Assembly: GCA_016929605.1 (NCBI GenBank)
Contig: JAFGIM010000099.1
Location: forward strand, 1-49,362
Direction: 5' to 3'
From: Spirochaetales bacterium
Lineage (GTDB): Bacteria > Spirochaetota > Spirochaetia > Treponematales > Treponemataceae
DNA: 49,362 nt
Shown here: positions 10,301 to 19,328 of the stretch, in pieces
How positions within the stretch are numbered: position 1 is the first letter of the stretch
Layout of the letters: every line of letters begins with the position of its first letter
Made by a program: the position numbers and the translations under genes
The notes under the pieces: model-generated
The model's database searches: none
What the model saw: only the letters and a program-made list of their open reading frames with translations
What the model was told of the DNA's origin: nothing

Positions 10301-10547
10301 GGCGGTACGAACTGGCGATTCACGCAAAAACGCCCGAGCGATGACCTTGCTTTCCGAATCAACCAGGGCATGGGATGCCTTAACAAGAAATCCGACTACT
10401 ATGCTCAGAACGCAGGACAAAAATCTTGCCCTGGCGAACATTACGTACGCAACTCATCCGCTTCCCGATTTTTCACCGGAGATTTACGCGGATATCCCCA
10501 AAACACTTGATGGGGAGCCGATTCTTCAGCAACGTGAGGATCGTTAA
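7395..10547 (+). CDS. flcA: Large TPR membrane protein, probable spirochaetal flagellar collar protein FlcA
   Basis: Acidic low-complexity N-terminus, one TM helix near aa 490 and a periplasmic TPR array. Architecture recalled for spirochaete FlcA; symbol tentative. Confidence 0.55.
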   Translation: MPGRKELELFREELSKIGREREVTEERGEVYEAPPLPGELATSDPGLDVDNLLASIDGEVAPAATEDDYAMDAMLASLGLSATTQTDIPPETVQSEPVEAEPVEADSIEAEPVEADSFQADIEPLAEFDSILEDLPLDDAPAGFSLDEGGEDSFVVPENLLAGFADDIEESRSQTDAIVDDLPEIEEVPEVSDIPEIPDLTEISDFSDLGDIPEAETLSNEANEAPADPIAGLDALLSKGLPELDDISFDTPGGDTAPNLADMEIPPPPAYEEETDITPSFEMDLTPGRSDAVEPMANSFGDDFSDFSIPDDLSISESESVEPAVADGFDGFSLDEDFLKAGASDASDDEFHIPGFSDFTSSSARASLSEFPSGEGGVARKGGKKEVPLKISEEDFSRFLDLLSHMPLNVRIAAEEYLAGDSGSELQKMEFVHSVLIGTSVRKLARVLEGYLDRTIPVPKDFEKKSVAEYEEEKTSLRYVLINKILPAAIMFTVIALLTACTVFLSWNFIWRPLAAESLYKRGYTAIQDARYTQSMDFFNQAVRVWEKKKWYFRYARAYRDQKQYLSAEAMYERLLNRYKNDLPAGLEYAEMLRTDLRNFEKAETVLRRRVLDYHVNNQEGLMLLGDNFLDWADEDPSKYPLARQAYATLIELYGSKDPFLARMMRYFIRTDNLAEVLPLKEHFTGRKTKIDASDLVELSGYLLEKRYTPKPGESEGLRAQIEDLRSLLERAVKADPEVPEAHYNMGRFFLFNYKDDLASTAFEESLRLFDQARTMSPRRILTHIDSYRLLGEIRSSEKEYLKAQALLGEGISLYEKQRENRGVRPDPLVGKLYSDYADIDYFISNDLERSLENYQKAVTELNDTPSIRYRIGYIHYRNQDWESAMESFSLSYARAPLDVNLAYSFGNTLFRKGNLYLAQGHYERLMEKLEAEKIRKGIVFPQTRVDHGSFVQQYMRAANNLGVTLNRLAVRTGDSRKNARAMTLLSESTRAWDALTRNPTTMLRTQDKNLALANITYATHPLPDFSPEIYADIPKTLDGEPILQQREDR
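7680..7758 (+). repeat. In-frame 15/30-bp tandem repeat (EPVEA/DSIEA units)
   Basis: gagcctgttgaagcc gagcctgttgaggct gacagtattgaggcc gagcctgttgaggct gacagttttcaagct. Confidence 0.85.
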
Positions 10548-10577
10548 GCCGACAAAACGATTGACCAAGAGCTTCCC

Positions 10578-10606
10578 TTGCACTTTTTAACCGCTCTTGT
10601 TAGTAT
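10578..10606 (+). promoter_or_regulatory. Sigma70 promoter of tRNA-Val
   Basis: TTGCAC-N17-TAGTAT with extended TGn, followed by a GC-rich discriminator-like stretch. Confidence 0.6.
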
Positions 10607-10647
10607 ACCTTCGGCCACTAACCGTGGCCGTGATAATGCCCTTTTTT

Positions 10648-10719
10648 GGACGTTTAACTCAGTGGTAGAGTGCTACCTTCACACGGTAGAAGTCACTGGT
10701 TCAAATCCAGTAACGTCCA
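10648..10719 (+). tRNA. tRNA-Val (anticodon CAC), CCA not encoded
   Basis: Acceptor GGACGTT/AACGTCC, D arm ACTC-AGTGGTA-GAGT, anticodon arm CTACC-TTCACAC-GGTAG, T arm ACTGG-TTCAAAT-CCAGT. Confidence 0.95.
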
Positions 10720-10754
10720 ATAAAGGGCATTTTAATTATGTTATACTGAGGGTA

Positions 10755-11393
10755 ATGAAAGGCTCGTTGATGGGATTATTATCGGAATTCCGCTATCGAA
10801 AGATATCGCAGACCGCTACGGTCAACGACCTGTTAAAAGAATTCTTCCGTAAAACCATACATATCTGTGCCTCGTTGGTTCCCTTTCTTGCTTCCTGGCA
10901 TTACTCCCTTACCATTACCGCGTTATGCCTCGTAACTCTTGCCTATGTCTATTGCGAATATAACCGGATGCGAGGTCGCCCGATTCCCTTTGTTTCCCGG
11001 ATTACCGCATATGCATCCCGTCGTCGAGATGATGGTCGATTTGTTCTGGGACCGGTAACATTGAGCCTGGGAATTCTTTTTACCCTGCTTCTGTTTCCAC
11101 CTTCTGCCGCGCGGGTTGGTATATTTGCGCTTGCCTTTGGAGATGGGGTGGCGAGTTTGGCAGGAAAGATATATGGGCGGATTAAAATACCTGGGGCGAG
11201 GGGGAAAACACTGGAGGGAAGCTCCGCTTGTCTTATTGCGGTGTACGCATCTACCATGGCAGTAACCCACAATCCTGTTATCGCCCTTGAAGCGGCCTTG
11301 TTTGCCATGTTGATAGAGGTCTTACCGCTTAAAGATTATGATAATTTTTTTATACCCTTAGCAATCAGTTCATTGGTGGTGTTGATCGGGTAA
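10755..11393 (+). CDS. SEC59/DGK1/VTE5-type CTP-dependent lipid kinase or cytidylyltransferase-family membrane protein
   Basis: RKTIH, GDGVASLAGK.YG, GKTLEGS and DNFFIP motifs. Start placed downstream of the tRNA. Confidence 0.82.
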   Translation: MKGSLMGLLSEFRYRKISQTATVNDLLKEFFRKTIHICASLVPFLASWHYSLTITALCLVTLAYVYCEYNRMRGRPIPFVSRITAYASRRRDDGRFVLGPVTLSLGILFTLLLFPPSAARVGIFALAFGDGVASLAGKIYGRIKIPGARGKTLEGSSACLIAVYASTMAVTHNPVIALEAALFAMLIEVLPLKDYDNFFIPLAISSLVVLIG

Positions 11394-11405
11394 TACCGTT
11401 AATTT

Positions 11406-12233
11406 TTATTGCCACAAGTAATAGGCATGGATGCGTTTAAGATAGAGAATGGATCCCTGCGTTAACAAAGCCGCGCCACAGACAAAAAACAGCCAAGAGT
11501 CGCACACCCCCAGCAAAAAATAACCGAGCAAAAAAGAGACAAGCCCCAAAGCCGCGCCCCGATATTCACGAATACCCCTCGTGTACCCCTGTATTAGATA
11601 CGAAAGAACCGCAAGTCCTCCGATCGCGAATAAAAAAAGGAGAATCATTCGGGAATATCCTGAGCGAATAATATAGGTTGACGTAACGTTCTCTGCGTTA
11701 AAGGGAACGACATTAACCAGGGTGAAGGAAAAAAAAGCGAGCAGGAAAAGACTTGAGCCGAGCTGTTGATTCGTTTGGCCGGTGGTAAACAGAACGCTTG
11801 CCAATAAAGAAAGAGTGATAATAATGCGGCAAAAAAGGATGATTCGTGATAAGGCGGTAATAAAGAAAAGAGATGAGGACCACAGAGTATACATTGGGAC
11901 GAGTATTCTCAGCGATTCCAGGGACAGGACAAAGACACAGGCGGCATAAAAGGTTATTTCGATAGTTTGGGTTTTTTCAAAGGCAAAGAGGATATACAAC
12001 AGGCTACACAGGGAAAACAGGGGAAAGAAGATGGCGGGAGCAAGGCTTGCGCGAGCGCTAAAGGGAGTAAGAAAAATGGAATCAAGGCCAGAATAGAACC
12101 TGGTTCCGGTTCGCTCGGCAGATAATAGGCCGTTCATCAAGATGTATATGGCAGAGGTGACCGCAATCATGGCCAGAAGGAGAGATGCCAGAGTTGCTAA
12201 TTGCATAAAACGATTACGGGCCGCAATGGTCAT
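11406..12233 (-). CDS. Hypothetical multi-pass membrane protein
   Basis: 275-aa ORF with about 8 hydrophobic segments. Confidence 0.7.
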   Translation of the reverse strand: MTIAARNRFMQLATLASLLLAMIAVTSAIYILMNGLLSAERTGTRFYSGLDSIFLTPFSARASLAPAIFFPLFSLCSLLYILFAFEKTQTIEITFYAACVFVLSLESLRILVPMYTLWSSSLFFITALSRIILFCRIIITLSLLASVLFTTGQTNQQLGSSLFLLAFFSFTLVNVVPFNAENVTSTYIIRSGYSRMILLFLFAIGGLAVLSYLIQGYTRGIREYRGAALGLVSFLLGYFLLGVCDSWLFFVCGAALLTQGSILYLKRIHAYYLWQ

Positions 12234-12326
12234 AAGAAAATAATAGCATCAAAAAGGATTTAAGGGAATCTCAAGTGAGGGCAGGTTTTGGTCGATACTT
12301 AAATATCGAATATCCGGGAGATAGGT

Positions 12327-13007
12327 ATGAGAAAATGCACAATCGCCTTAATTCTTTGTCTGTTGGCCGTTGCCGCCTATTCAGGCGATGTAGCCAGTTT
12401 TGTCAGTTTGGGTTTTACTAAAGACGCCTCTGTGTACGCGTTTGGACAGCATGGGGTTACCGATGCTAGCTTTGCGTCCTATTCTGATGTGTACTATGTA
12501 GATGTAGCCAAGAACACATTTCTTCCTTCCGGGAAGTTTTCGGCAGGTCCACAGGCCAGTAAGGGCGGCCATGATTCGGCCGTACAGTTTCATGAGTTGA
12601 AGCAAAAAGCCGCGGCCAAGATGAAAAACACCCTTATTGATGAACAAAACCAGGGCAGGCCCCTGTATGTTCAGGCTGCAGAAGAAGGTCGGCTCAAGAA
12701 GATTGAATTCCGTGATTTTGAAACTGGGCGACACTTTGATGTGACCATGCATACCCTTACCGACGGGACGCTCTCGCGCGTGGCCTCATCATTTTATCTG
12801 CTTGTCAGGGTTACGTCTTCTGATGGAACAGTACAATCACATACCGTAGGGCTTCCATCCTATTCCCGTAAGGGCGTTAAGGATTATCTGATAAAGCGCG
12901 TTATTACCGATACCACAGGATCGTCCGTGGTCTTTGTTATCGAAAAAGAAATGTACGATACCAAGGGTAGTTCCATTCGTTATATGGTCGAAACCCTTAC
13001 ACTGTAA
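12327..13007 (+). CDS. DUF2259-type secreted protein
   Basis: Signal peptide, then GD.A.F..LGF..D...YAFGQHG and C-terminal SIRYMVET. Confidence 0.7.
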   Translation: MRKCTIALILCLLAVAAYSGDVASFVSLGFTKDASVYAFGQHGVTDASFASYSDVYYVDVAKNTFLPSGKFSAGPQASKGGHDSAVQFHELKQKAAAKMKNTLIDEQNQGRPLYVQAAEEGRLKKIEFRDFETGRHFDVTMHTLTDGTLSRVASSFYLLVRVTSSDGTVQSHTVGLPSYSRKGVKDYLIKRVITDTTGSSVVFVIEKEMYDTKGSSIRYMVETLTL

Positions 13008-13386
13008 AAGGCCCTTCAATCTCCCTGAACAACTGATATACCCAACCTTCCTCCTCGGACAGGATTCTTACAAGAATCCTGTCTGTTTTTAGTGTCTCCT
13101 CCAGCCACAAAGATTCAAGCCACATAGCCTCTGCCGCGTCTCTCCAGAGCTTTTCGCAGGTAGTCTCATCCTGGGGCATCTTGCCCTGGGTGAACAGATA
13201 CCTTCCGGGAGGGATAGTGGTAATCGTTTGACCGTGGACCAGGTGGTCTTCTGGCCGCGGTTCAAGGTTTTTGGGTGTAACAAGCGATTGATATTCTGTA
13301 ATGGATCTGGTTCCGTCAGGCCCTTCGCCTGTCTGTGGCGCTTCTATGGGACGGTTCAAACTTAATATACGAACGGTGTGCTTCAT
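12997..13386 (-). CDS. Hypothetical protein
   Basis: 129-aa ORF with a -10 TAGTAT 6 nt upstream of the ATG. Confidence 0.6.
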   Translation of the reverse strand: MKHTVRILSLNRPIEAPQTGEGPDGTRSITEYQSLVTPKNLEPRPEDHLVHGQTITTIPPGRYLFTQGKMPQDETTCEKLWRDAAEAMWLESLWLEETLKTDRILVRILSEEEGWVYQLFREIEGPFTV

Positions 13387-13454
13387 GATCTCATACTATC
13401 AAAAAAACAGCCAAAGGGCGATATCCGGGATACAAAACAGGTAAGGAGGTCCTG

Positions 13455-14495
13455 ATGATTCGTTGTGTATTGGCCATTATGGGCTCGTTGATTCTGTTTA
13501 CCGCTTGTTTCTCATGTGCAGTGGGCAGTGATACCGTTTCCCTTTGGGGCACTGATGCGGTTAGTCCGTCCCTGGTTGAACTGTGCCCGGTGTCTACACT
13601 CGAAGTTGACGCCTGGTTTAGCGCGCCGGTTACGGTAGTTTCCTCCCGGGTTCAGCTCGATAAGGCGCCTGATCGGGTAATCGAGACGGTGTGGGCCTTG
13701 AGGGACGATGGGAGTGCAGAGGAAAAAACTGAGGGGGAGGGGTGTTGCCTCCGGTTTGCCATGGAAGAAGGGCCCGCGGTTGGCGAGAAGGCGTATTTAA
13801 CTGCACTTGTAGAGGACGAGAAGGGCAACAGCTACTCATTTTGTGTGCCGTTTACCGGATATAACGAGCGGGTCGCAGTCCTGGCAATTAACGAGGTGCG
13901 AACAGAATATGACAAGCCAAAGGTTGAATATATTGAGTTTATCGTAACAAGGGCTGGAAACATTGCCGGCATCGAAATATATAACGCGGGTAATGCCACT
14001 GTGCCTTATTATGAGTTTCCTTCAGCTGAAGTATGCGAGGGCGACTATATTGTTTGGCATCTTAGATCCCTTGAGGAGGGGCTTGTTAATGAAACAATTG
14101 ATACGGATGAATCGAGTGGTACTGACGCGACGATAACTGGAAGAGATTTTTGGGATACCCAAACCAAGGCCCCCCTTAAAAAAACCAATGTAATCATGGT
14201 CCGGGAGCGAAAGGGCGGGATTGTTATGGACTCACTGTTAGTAGCCGAGTCGGGTAAGAGCGAATGGCCCAATGATGTCCTTGCCGCGGCGGCAGAGGCT
14301 GCTGTGTCCTGTGGGGCATGGGGCCCCACTTCCCTTGTGGGAGATGCAGTGTGTTCAACGGGAACAACACCGACGCGCACTATCGGGCGAAATGAGTTCT
14401 CCAGCGATACTAATACGCGAGGAGATTGGGCTATCTGCCCGACGGGGAAACGAAGTCCCGGTGTGGCGAATCCTCCTTTTCCCGCCTCTCCCTGA
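13455..14495 (+). CDS. Putative lipoprotein with lamin-tail-like domain
   Basis: AAGGAGG RBS, spirochaetal lipobox-like FSC, INEV...EYIEF and C-terminal SPG.AN motif. Confidence 0.6.
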   Translation: MIRCVLAIMGSLILFTACFSCAVGSDTVSLWGTDAVSPSLVELCPVSTLEVDAWFSAPVTVVSSRVQLDKAPDRVIETVWALRDDGSAEEKTEGEGCCLRFAMEEGPAVGEKAYLTALVEDEKGNSYSFCVPFTGYNERVAVLAINEVRTEYDKPKVEYIEFIVTRAGNIAGIEIYNAGNATVPYYEFPSAEVCEGDYIVWHLRSLEEGLVNETIDTDESSGTDATITGRDFWDTQTKAPLKKTNVIMVRERKGGIVMDSLLVAESGKSEWPNDVLAAAAEAAVSCGAWGPTSLVGDAVCSTGTTPTRTIGRNEFSSDTNTRGDWAICPTGKRSPGVANPPFPASP

Positions 14496-14576
14496 AACCT
14501 TGTCTGGGGATCTGAGTGACAGCCCATTTGCACGATGGAAGAAATAAGGTACTATATAGCTTGAGGGGAGGCGCTC

Positions 14577-16901
14577 ATGGCAGAACTATTGGCTCCGGCC
14601 GGTAATCCGGAAGCTCTGGACGCGGCGATTAACGAAGGAGCGGATGCGGTATATCTTGGCCTTAAAAGCTTTAACGCCCGTCTCAGGTCCACCAATTTCG
14701 CCTGGTCCCAGTTTGAAGCAACCGTAGAATCTCTCCACAAACGCGGAAAGAAGGTGTTGGTAGCGGTGAACACCGTACTGCAGGAAAGTGAAACAGAACG
14801 AATGTACCGGTTCCTTTCTTATTTGTCCCGAATTGGCCCGGATGGAATAATCGTACAGGATTTTGGCACTCTTCATCTTGCGCGCAGTTTTTTCCCGTCT
14901 TTGCGCCTACATGCATCAACCCAGATGAATATAGCAAGTGCGCGAGCGGCTAATACCATGAGTAGATCAGGGGTGTCCCGTGTTGTTCTTGCACGTGAAC
15001 TTTCACTTACCGAGGTTCGGGATATCAAGGCGCGTAGCTCTTGTGAACTCGAGGTTTTTGTCCATGGGGCTCTGTGTGTCAGCGAATCAGGACTGTGCCT
15101 TTTTTCCAGCTATCTTGGAGGGAAGTCCGCAAACAGGGGAATGTGTGCCCAGGCATGCAGGCGGTTATATACCACTGGCTCTGGAGCTAATGCCCGACAG
15201 GGATATTTCTTTTCTCCCCACGATTTACAACTCATCGACAGCATTCCAGACTTGGTACAAGCAGGGATTCATTCTTTTAAAATAGAAGGGCGTATGAAAA
15301 GCGCCGAGTACGTTGGTACCGTAGTCTCTGCTTATCGGTATGTCCTTGATAACTGGGAACAAGATCGAAAAGGCGCTGTGGAGACGGCACGACGCATATT
15401 GGCAAATGATTTTGCCCGCAAAAAAACCCGATATTGGTATGATTCAACGCTGGCCGAAAACGTATTAAACCCCGATCAGGCGGGTGGGACCGGAATATTC
15501 CTGGGAAAAATTGATAAACAGCGAGAAACGGGAGAAGGTCATGAAGTTCTCCTTAAGGGTGGCTCTTACGATCCGGATGAGGGAGACTCTGTTCGCGTTC
15601 ATAAAAAAGATGACTCGGTACGAGAAAGCCACAAGATAAAGAAAGTTGTTACCGATGCAGAGGGAAAATGGATTGATATTCCCGAAGGATTTGGCCGGGG
15701 AGATTCGGTATATCTTATTCAAACAAAGAACATGACTAAGAGATATCCCCATGTGCTGCCGAACGATCTCTCCCGCTATCGCAGTCAACCCGGTGCCGAT
15801 AAACTGCCGCCCTTACCTCAAGCTCCCTTGGTTGAATCCACACAGGAAGTAAGCGCGAAAAAATCAAAAAAGATTGATCCTGACTTTCCTGATGGCGTCT
15901 ATGTACAGGTTTCTACCCTGGACGATCTTTTTATGATTCTTACCGACCGGCCGGTTCGGGTTATTGTAGAAATCAATCAGGAGACGATACCAGCATTACT
16001 CGGATTACCGAACGAAAAAACTGGCGCTCCTTCTCCGGTAATTCCCTTTGCCAAGCGAGAAATTATACTTTCCCTTGACCCCTTTTCTCCCCAGGCCCAA
16101 GAGGATGGCCTATCGACTATGCTCGATGAACTTGTAGAAAATGGATACCGTCATTTTATCGTCAATAATCCCGCACACATTGGAATGCTCAGAAATCGTG
16201 GACTCAAATTGATTTCTGGACCGTATCTCTACGCCTTTAACCGATGGGCGGTAGACTGGCTTAAGGGACAGGGGCTTCAATCCCTGGTTTGTCCTATAGA
16301 AATTTCGCGTGATACCCTTGAAGCTTCCATAGATGCTCATTATCGAAGTCAGGTTTTTGTTACCGTTTTTGCCTATCCTGCATTATTTCGCATGAGATTC
16401 AAGTTGCCAGAAAGTTATGATTTTGATTTTTTTCAGGATCGTCAGGGCGGGGTGTTTCGCGCGCTATCCACCAAAGAGGGTTCATATGTGGTTCCCCTTG
16501 TACCCTTTTCTATCGCGGATAAGGGAGCGATGCTTAACAAACTTGGATTTACTCGACACATCATCGATATCTCGCGATCTTCTATCAGAAGACAAGACTT
16601 CCGGGCGGTCATGGACTCCTATCGTAAGGGAAAGATATTACCCGAGATTTCGCGATTTAACTGGAAAGACGGGTTTTATGATCCTGAGCGCATAGAAGAG
16701 CAAAAATCCATGAATGAACGAGCCGCACTCAGGCAAAAAAAAGCTGGCCCATCCGATAAAGGACAAGGTCGTCCAGGAAGGGGGGCCAAGCCTGGTGCCG
16801 AAATGCCACACAAGGAAGGGCGAAGCCATGGCAGGAAAAAGGGTGACACCGGCTTTTCAAAAAGCAAGGGCCCCGGCGGAAGAACTCCGCGCTCTAGGTA
16901 A
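14577..16901 (+). CDS. Peptidase U32 family protein (RNA hydroxylation, RlhA/TrhP-like)
   Basis: ELLAPAG, GADAVY.G, HASTQ, FVHGALC...SG.C.....NRG.C.Q.CR and FKIEGRMK motifs; basic C-terminal tail. Confidence 0.9.
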   Translation: MAELLAPAGNPEALDAAINEGADAVYLGLKSFNARLRSTNFAWSQFEATVESLHKRGKKVLVAVNTVLQESETERMYRFLSYLSRIGPDGIIVQDFGTLHLARSFFPSLRLHASTQMNIASARAANTMSRSGVSRVVLARELSLTEVRDIKARSSCELEVFVHGALCVSESGLCLFSSYLGGKSANRGMCAQACRRLYTTGSGANARQGYFFSPHDLQLIDSIPDLVQAGIHSFKIEGRMKSAEYVGTVVSAYRYVLDNWEQDRKGAVETARRILANDFARKKTRYWYDSTLAENVLNPDQAGGTGIFLGKIDKQRETGEGHEVLLKGGSYDPDEGDSVRVHKKDDSVRESHKIKKVVTDAEGKWIDIPEGFGRGDSVYLIQTKNMTKRYPHVLPNDLSRYRSQPGADKLPPLPQAPLVESTQEVSAKKSKKIDPDFPDGVYVQVSTLDDLFMILTDRPVRVIVEINQETIPALLGLPNEKTGAPSPVIPFAKREIILSLDPFSPQAQEDGLSTMLDELVENGYRHFIVNNPAHIGMLRNRGLKLISGPYLYAFNRWAVDWLKGQGLQSLVCPIEISRDTLEASIDAHYRSQVFVTVFAYPALFRMRFKLPESYDFDFFQDRQGGVFRALSTKEGSYVVPLVPFSIADKGAMLNKLGFTRHIIDISRSSIRRQDFRAVMDSYRKGKILPEISRFNWKDGFYDPERIEEQKSMNERAALRQKKAGPSDKGQGRPGRGAKPGAEMPHKEGRSHGRKKGDTGFSKSKGPGGRTPRSR

Positions 16902-18810
16902 TACCTTTTACCAGTTTTAGAATATACAATTCGATATATCCCATAAGCGCGTCGCGATTCGGTATCTTGGCAAGGCTTGGGGTGTCTGCAAGCGTGCGCG
17001 CAAGCCCTTCGATGCGGGGCAGGTCGAAACTTTGCGCCTTGATCGTGCGGATGATGCGCCTGATATAATCCCTGATAAGGGAGTTAACGTCTTCTGTCAG
17101 GTTGTTTTTTGCCTGAGAATCAAGGGTTCTATTCCATGAATCAAGATGGATTGTTAATTCTGTTTCGATATCGGATCCCTCGGGGACCAGTTTCTTTTCT
17201 ATAAGTTCAGCGGCTTCCCGCAATTCTTCCTTACGCTTTTCTTTAGCAGCCTTACCTGTTGGAGCGGATTCTTCTTTGGCTGTAGCGTTTTGCATTGTCT
17301 TTCCGGTGTGCTTTTTAACCTTGGCTCGTTTAGGTCGATGAAGAAAGGTAATAATCGCCGAAATAATGGGAATGGTGTACCAGAAGGGAAGCATAATTCT
17401 GGTGTCGGTAAGAATTTCCTGGCGATCGAGCATGAGTAACTCGCTCATTGGGGCAAGGCGGCCACGGGAAAAAAGATGAAAGGAACCCTGAGCGCCAGAG
17501 GTATCCTCAAGACCCTCCGAGGCCAACAGCGATATAAACGAAGCGGTGAGCAGTGCATGGAGAACTGGGGTGGAACTCTTGCAGAGCTCGGACAGTTTTT
17601 TTTCAAATTCCACTTGGCTCTTCATTGCGTTTTCCTGGCGGTAGCTTTTTAGAGCTTGGTACCATTCACGCGTTAACTGATCCTTAATGATTTTTCTGGC
17701 GTCATTACAGAGTTTAATAGCGAGTGGGGCTACCTTTTCCTTGAGTACAAAATAGCGAATACCAGTATCCGTTTTAAAGACGAGCAAGGCGGGGAGTCCG
17801 TTGGGATGTGCAGAACCGGTCTTATCTTGAATAAAGGCTTCCAGATCAGTTTTTTGATATTGGCCCAACAGAGGGACGCCCCGTGAATCGGTAAACCGGG
17901 TAATGCTCTCCATGTCGTAGTGATAAGGGGGCTTTTGAAAGGCGAGCTCAAGATTTTTAAGGGCTGTTTCCCGCTGAAGATCCTGTTGAACCTTGTTTTT
18001 ATAGTAGTTATTCAGGTATTCGGTAATAAATACGGATTGGATAAGAGATGTTTCTTCCGGGGTTTTTTCGGATTTTTTTGTGTAGTCTTGCCGGATAAAT
18101 GAGCACAGGTAGTTCCAAAACAGATATGAGTCACCAGAATGCTTAAACGCACGCAGAGATTCCGACGGGCGGGTTTGAAACTGAATGAGCATGTTTTTGA
18201 TGGTGAGTTCCTTTCCCGGATTGGCAACCATCATGCGTTTTTGAATATAGTCCTTTGATTCATCCTTACGGAGAAAAAAACGTATCTTTGACATGGCTAG
18301 ATCGAGCATTTTTTCCGGGGAAAGGGAGGCGGGGTAAATCATGGGCGGTGTTTCATCGGGGAATGCGAGTTGATGCATATACGCATTGGTTCTTTCGCCA
18401 GATTCGATTAGCGAAGAAAAATCGGTGGTTATATATACCGGTTTAAGAAAGGCTTGCGGATAGTTTGATGGAAGCTCGGTTCCCAGGGGGAAGGGAATTT
18501 CAGGTTTTTCTTCTATTTCCTTAAAACGTTGAAGAATACGGTCAATGTAGTATTGTGGAACAAAGGCGAGCTTCTTGCCCTTAAGATCCGTAGACAAAAA
18601 GACCTTTGACTTTGCCTCCAGCTCCTCAAGTTCCCGTTGTACCGTATTGGCCGTATCGTCAAGATACATAACGAGTTCCGGGGCTTCTTGAAGGTAGTGA
18701 CGGGCGTACTTTTGCAGATACTCGCAAAAATCTTGTATAATTACGGTAGGTGATTTTTGTTTGCCGGTATATAGTCTTAACAAGACTGTTAATTCGGTTG
18801 GAGCGGCCAT
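16894..18810 (-). CDS. Hypothetical protein (638 aa)
   Basis: Long ORF with an upstream TTGAGA-N17-TAGACT promoter; no family recognised. Confidence 0.75.
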   Translation of the reverse strand: MAAPTELTVLLRLYTGKQKSPTVIIQDFCEYLQKYARHYLQEAPELVMYLDDTANTVQRELEELEAKSKVFLSTDLKGKKLAFVPQYYIDRILQRFKEIEEKPEIPFPLGTELPSNYPQAFLKPVYITTDFSSLIESGERTNAYMHQLAFPDETPPMIYPASLSPEKMLDLAMSKIRFFLRKDESKDYIQKRMMVANPGKELTIKNMLIQFQTRPSESLRAFKHSGDSYLFWNYLCSFIRQDYTKKSEKTPEETSLIQSVFITEYLNNYYKNKVQQDLQRETALKNLELAFQKPPYHYDMESITRFTDSRGVPLLGQYQKTDLEAFIQDKTGSAHPNGLPALLVFKTDTGIRYFVLKEKVAPLAIKLCNDARKIIKDQLTREWYQALKSYRQENAMKSQVEFEKKLSELCKSSTPVLHALLTASFISLLASEGLEDTSGAQGSFHLFSRGRLAPMSELLMLDRQEILTDTRIMLPFWYTIPIISAIITFLHRPKRAKVKKHTGKTMQNATAKEESAPTGKAAKEKRKEELREAAELIEKKLVPEGSDIETELTIHLDSWNRTLDSQAKNNLTEDVNSLIRDYIRRIIRTIKAQSFDLPRIEGLARTLADTPSLAKIPNRDALMGYIELYILKLVKGIT

Positions 18811-19318
18811 GAAGCTAGTCTACTATACATTCCTTCTTTTCTCAATGCTCATTTTTACACTGCCTGCGCAAGGCTCCAAAATACCGGATGGTACCATTGT
18901 TTTGGAGACCGCAGCGATAATGAGTAAGGGCCTGCCGGGGTTTGCGACAAATTACCTTGATTGCTTACAGGGCTCCTATCTTGGACCCTCAGGGGCTCAC
19001 ATCATGGTGTGGATTAGTGCAGATACCCTTGTATTTAGCTTGCGGGATTGGAAAGAGTCCTTTCGTGCAGGGATTAAGGGTTTTGAAAGTGTACACGACA
19101 GGAACCTGTGGGCTTGTACGCGCGTTCTTGGCGTTCAGGAATCTTTGAAAGACAAAGGTAAGTGGGGGTATTTTATCAAGTTGCCGGAAGGCTTGTCGGG
19201 CAAAGAAGGCGAACTGTTTATTATGGGCTTTGTCAGGCGAATTGATGGGCTTATATCCGGAGCGAAATACTATCAGGACATCAGTTTCCCCGCGGTTATT
19301 ACAACCACGGGGAAATAA
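18809..19318 (+). CDS. Hypothetical exported protein (start uncertain: 18809 or 18845)
   Basis: ORF fills the gap between genes; [22 protein letters not shown] resembles a signal peptide. Confidence 0.5.
   Translation: MKLVYYTFLLFSMLIFTLPAQGSKIPDGTIVLETAAIMSKGLPGFATNYLDCLQGSYLGPSGAHIMVWISADTLVFSLRDWKESFRAGIKGFESVHDRNLWACTRVLGVQESLKDKGKWGYFIKLPEGLSGKEGELFIMGFVRRIDGLISGAKYYQDISFPAVITTTGK
19285..19315 (-). terminator. Hairpin just downstream of the H1-like gene
   Basis: TTTCCCCGCGGTT-attac-AACCACGGGGAAA; 13-bp stem whose single mismatch is a G.U pair on the minus strand. No clear U tract. Confidence 0.5.
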
Positions 19319-19328
19319 CCCTTATGAT

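Noticed and set aside
10578-10754. N-terminal extension of ORF 10578..11393
   Set aside because: Overlaps the tRNA and its promoter; the real start is downstream.
10720-11393. tRNA as an integration site for an island
   Set aside because: No integrase and no duplicated tRNA 3' end seen in the window.
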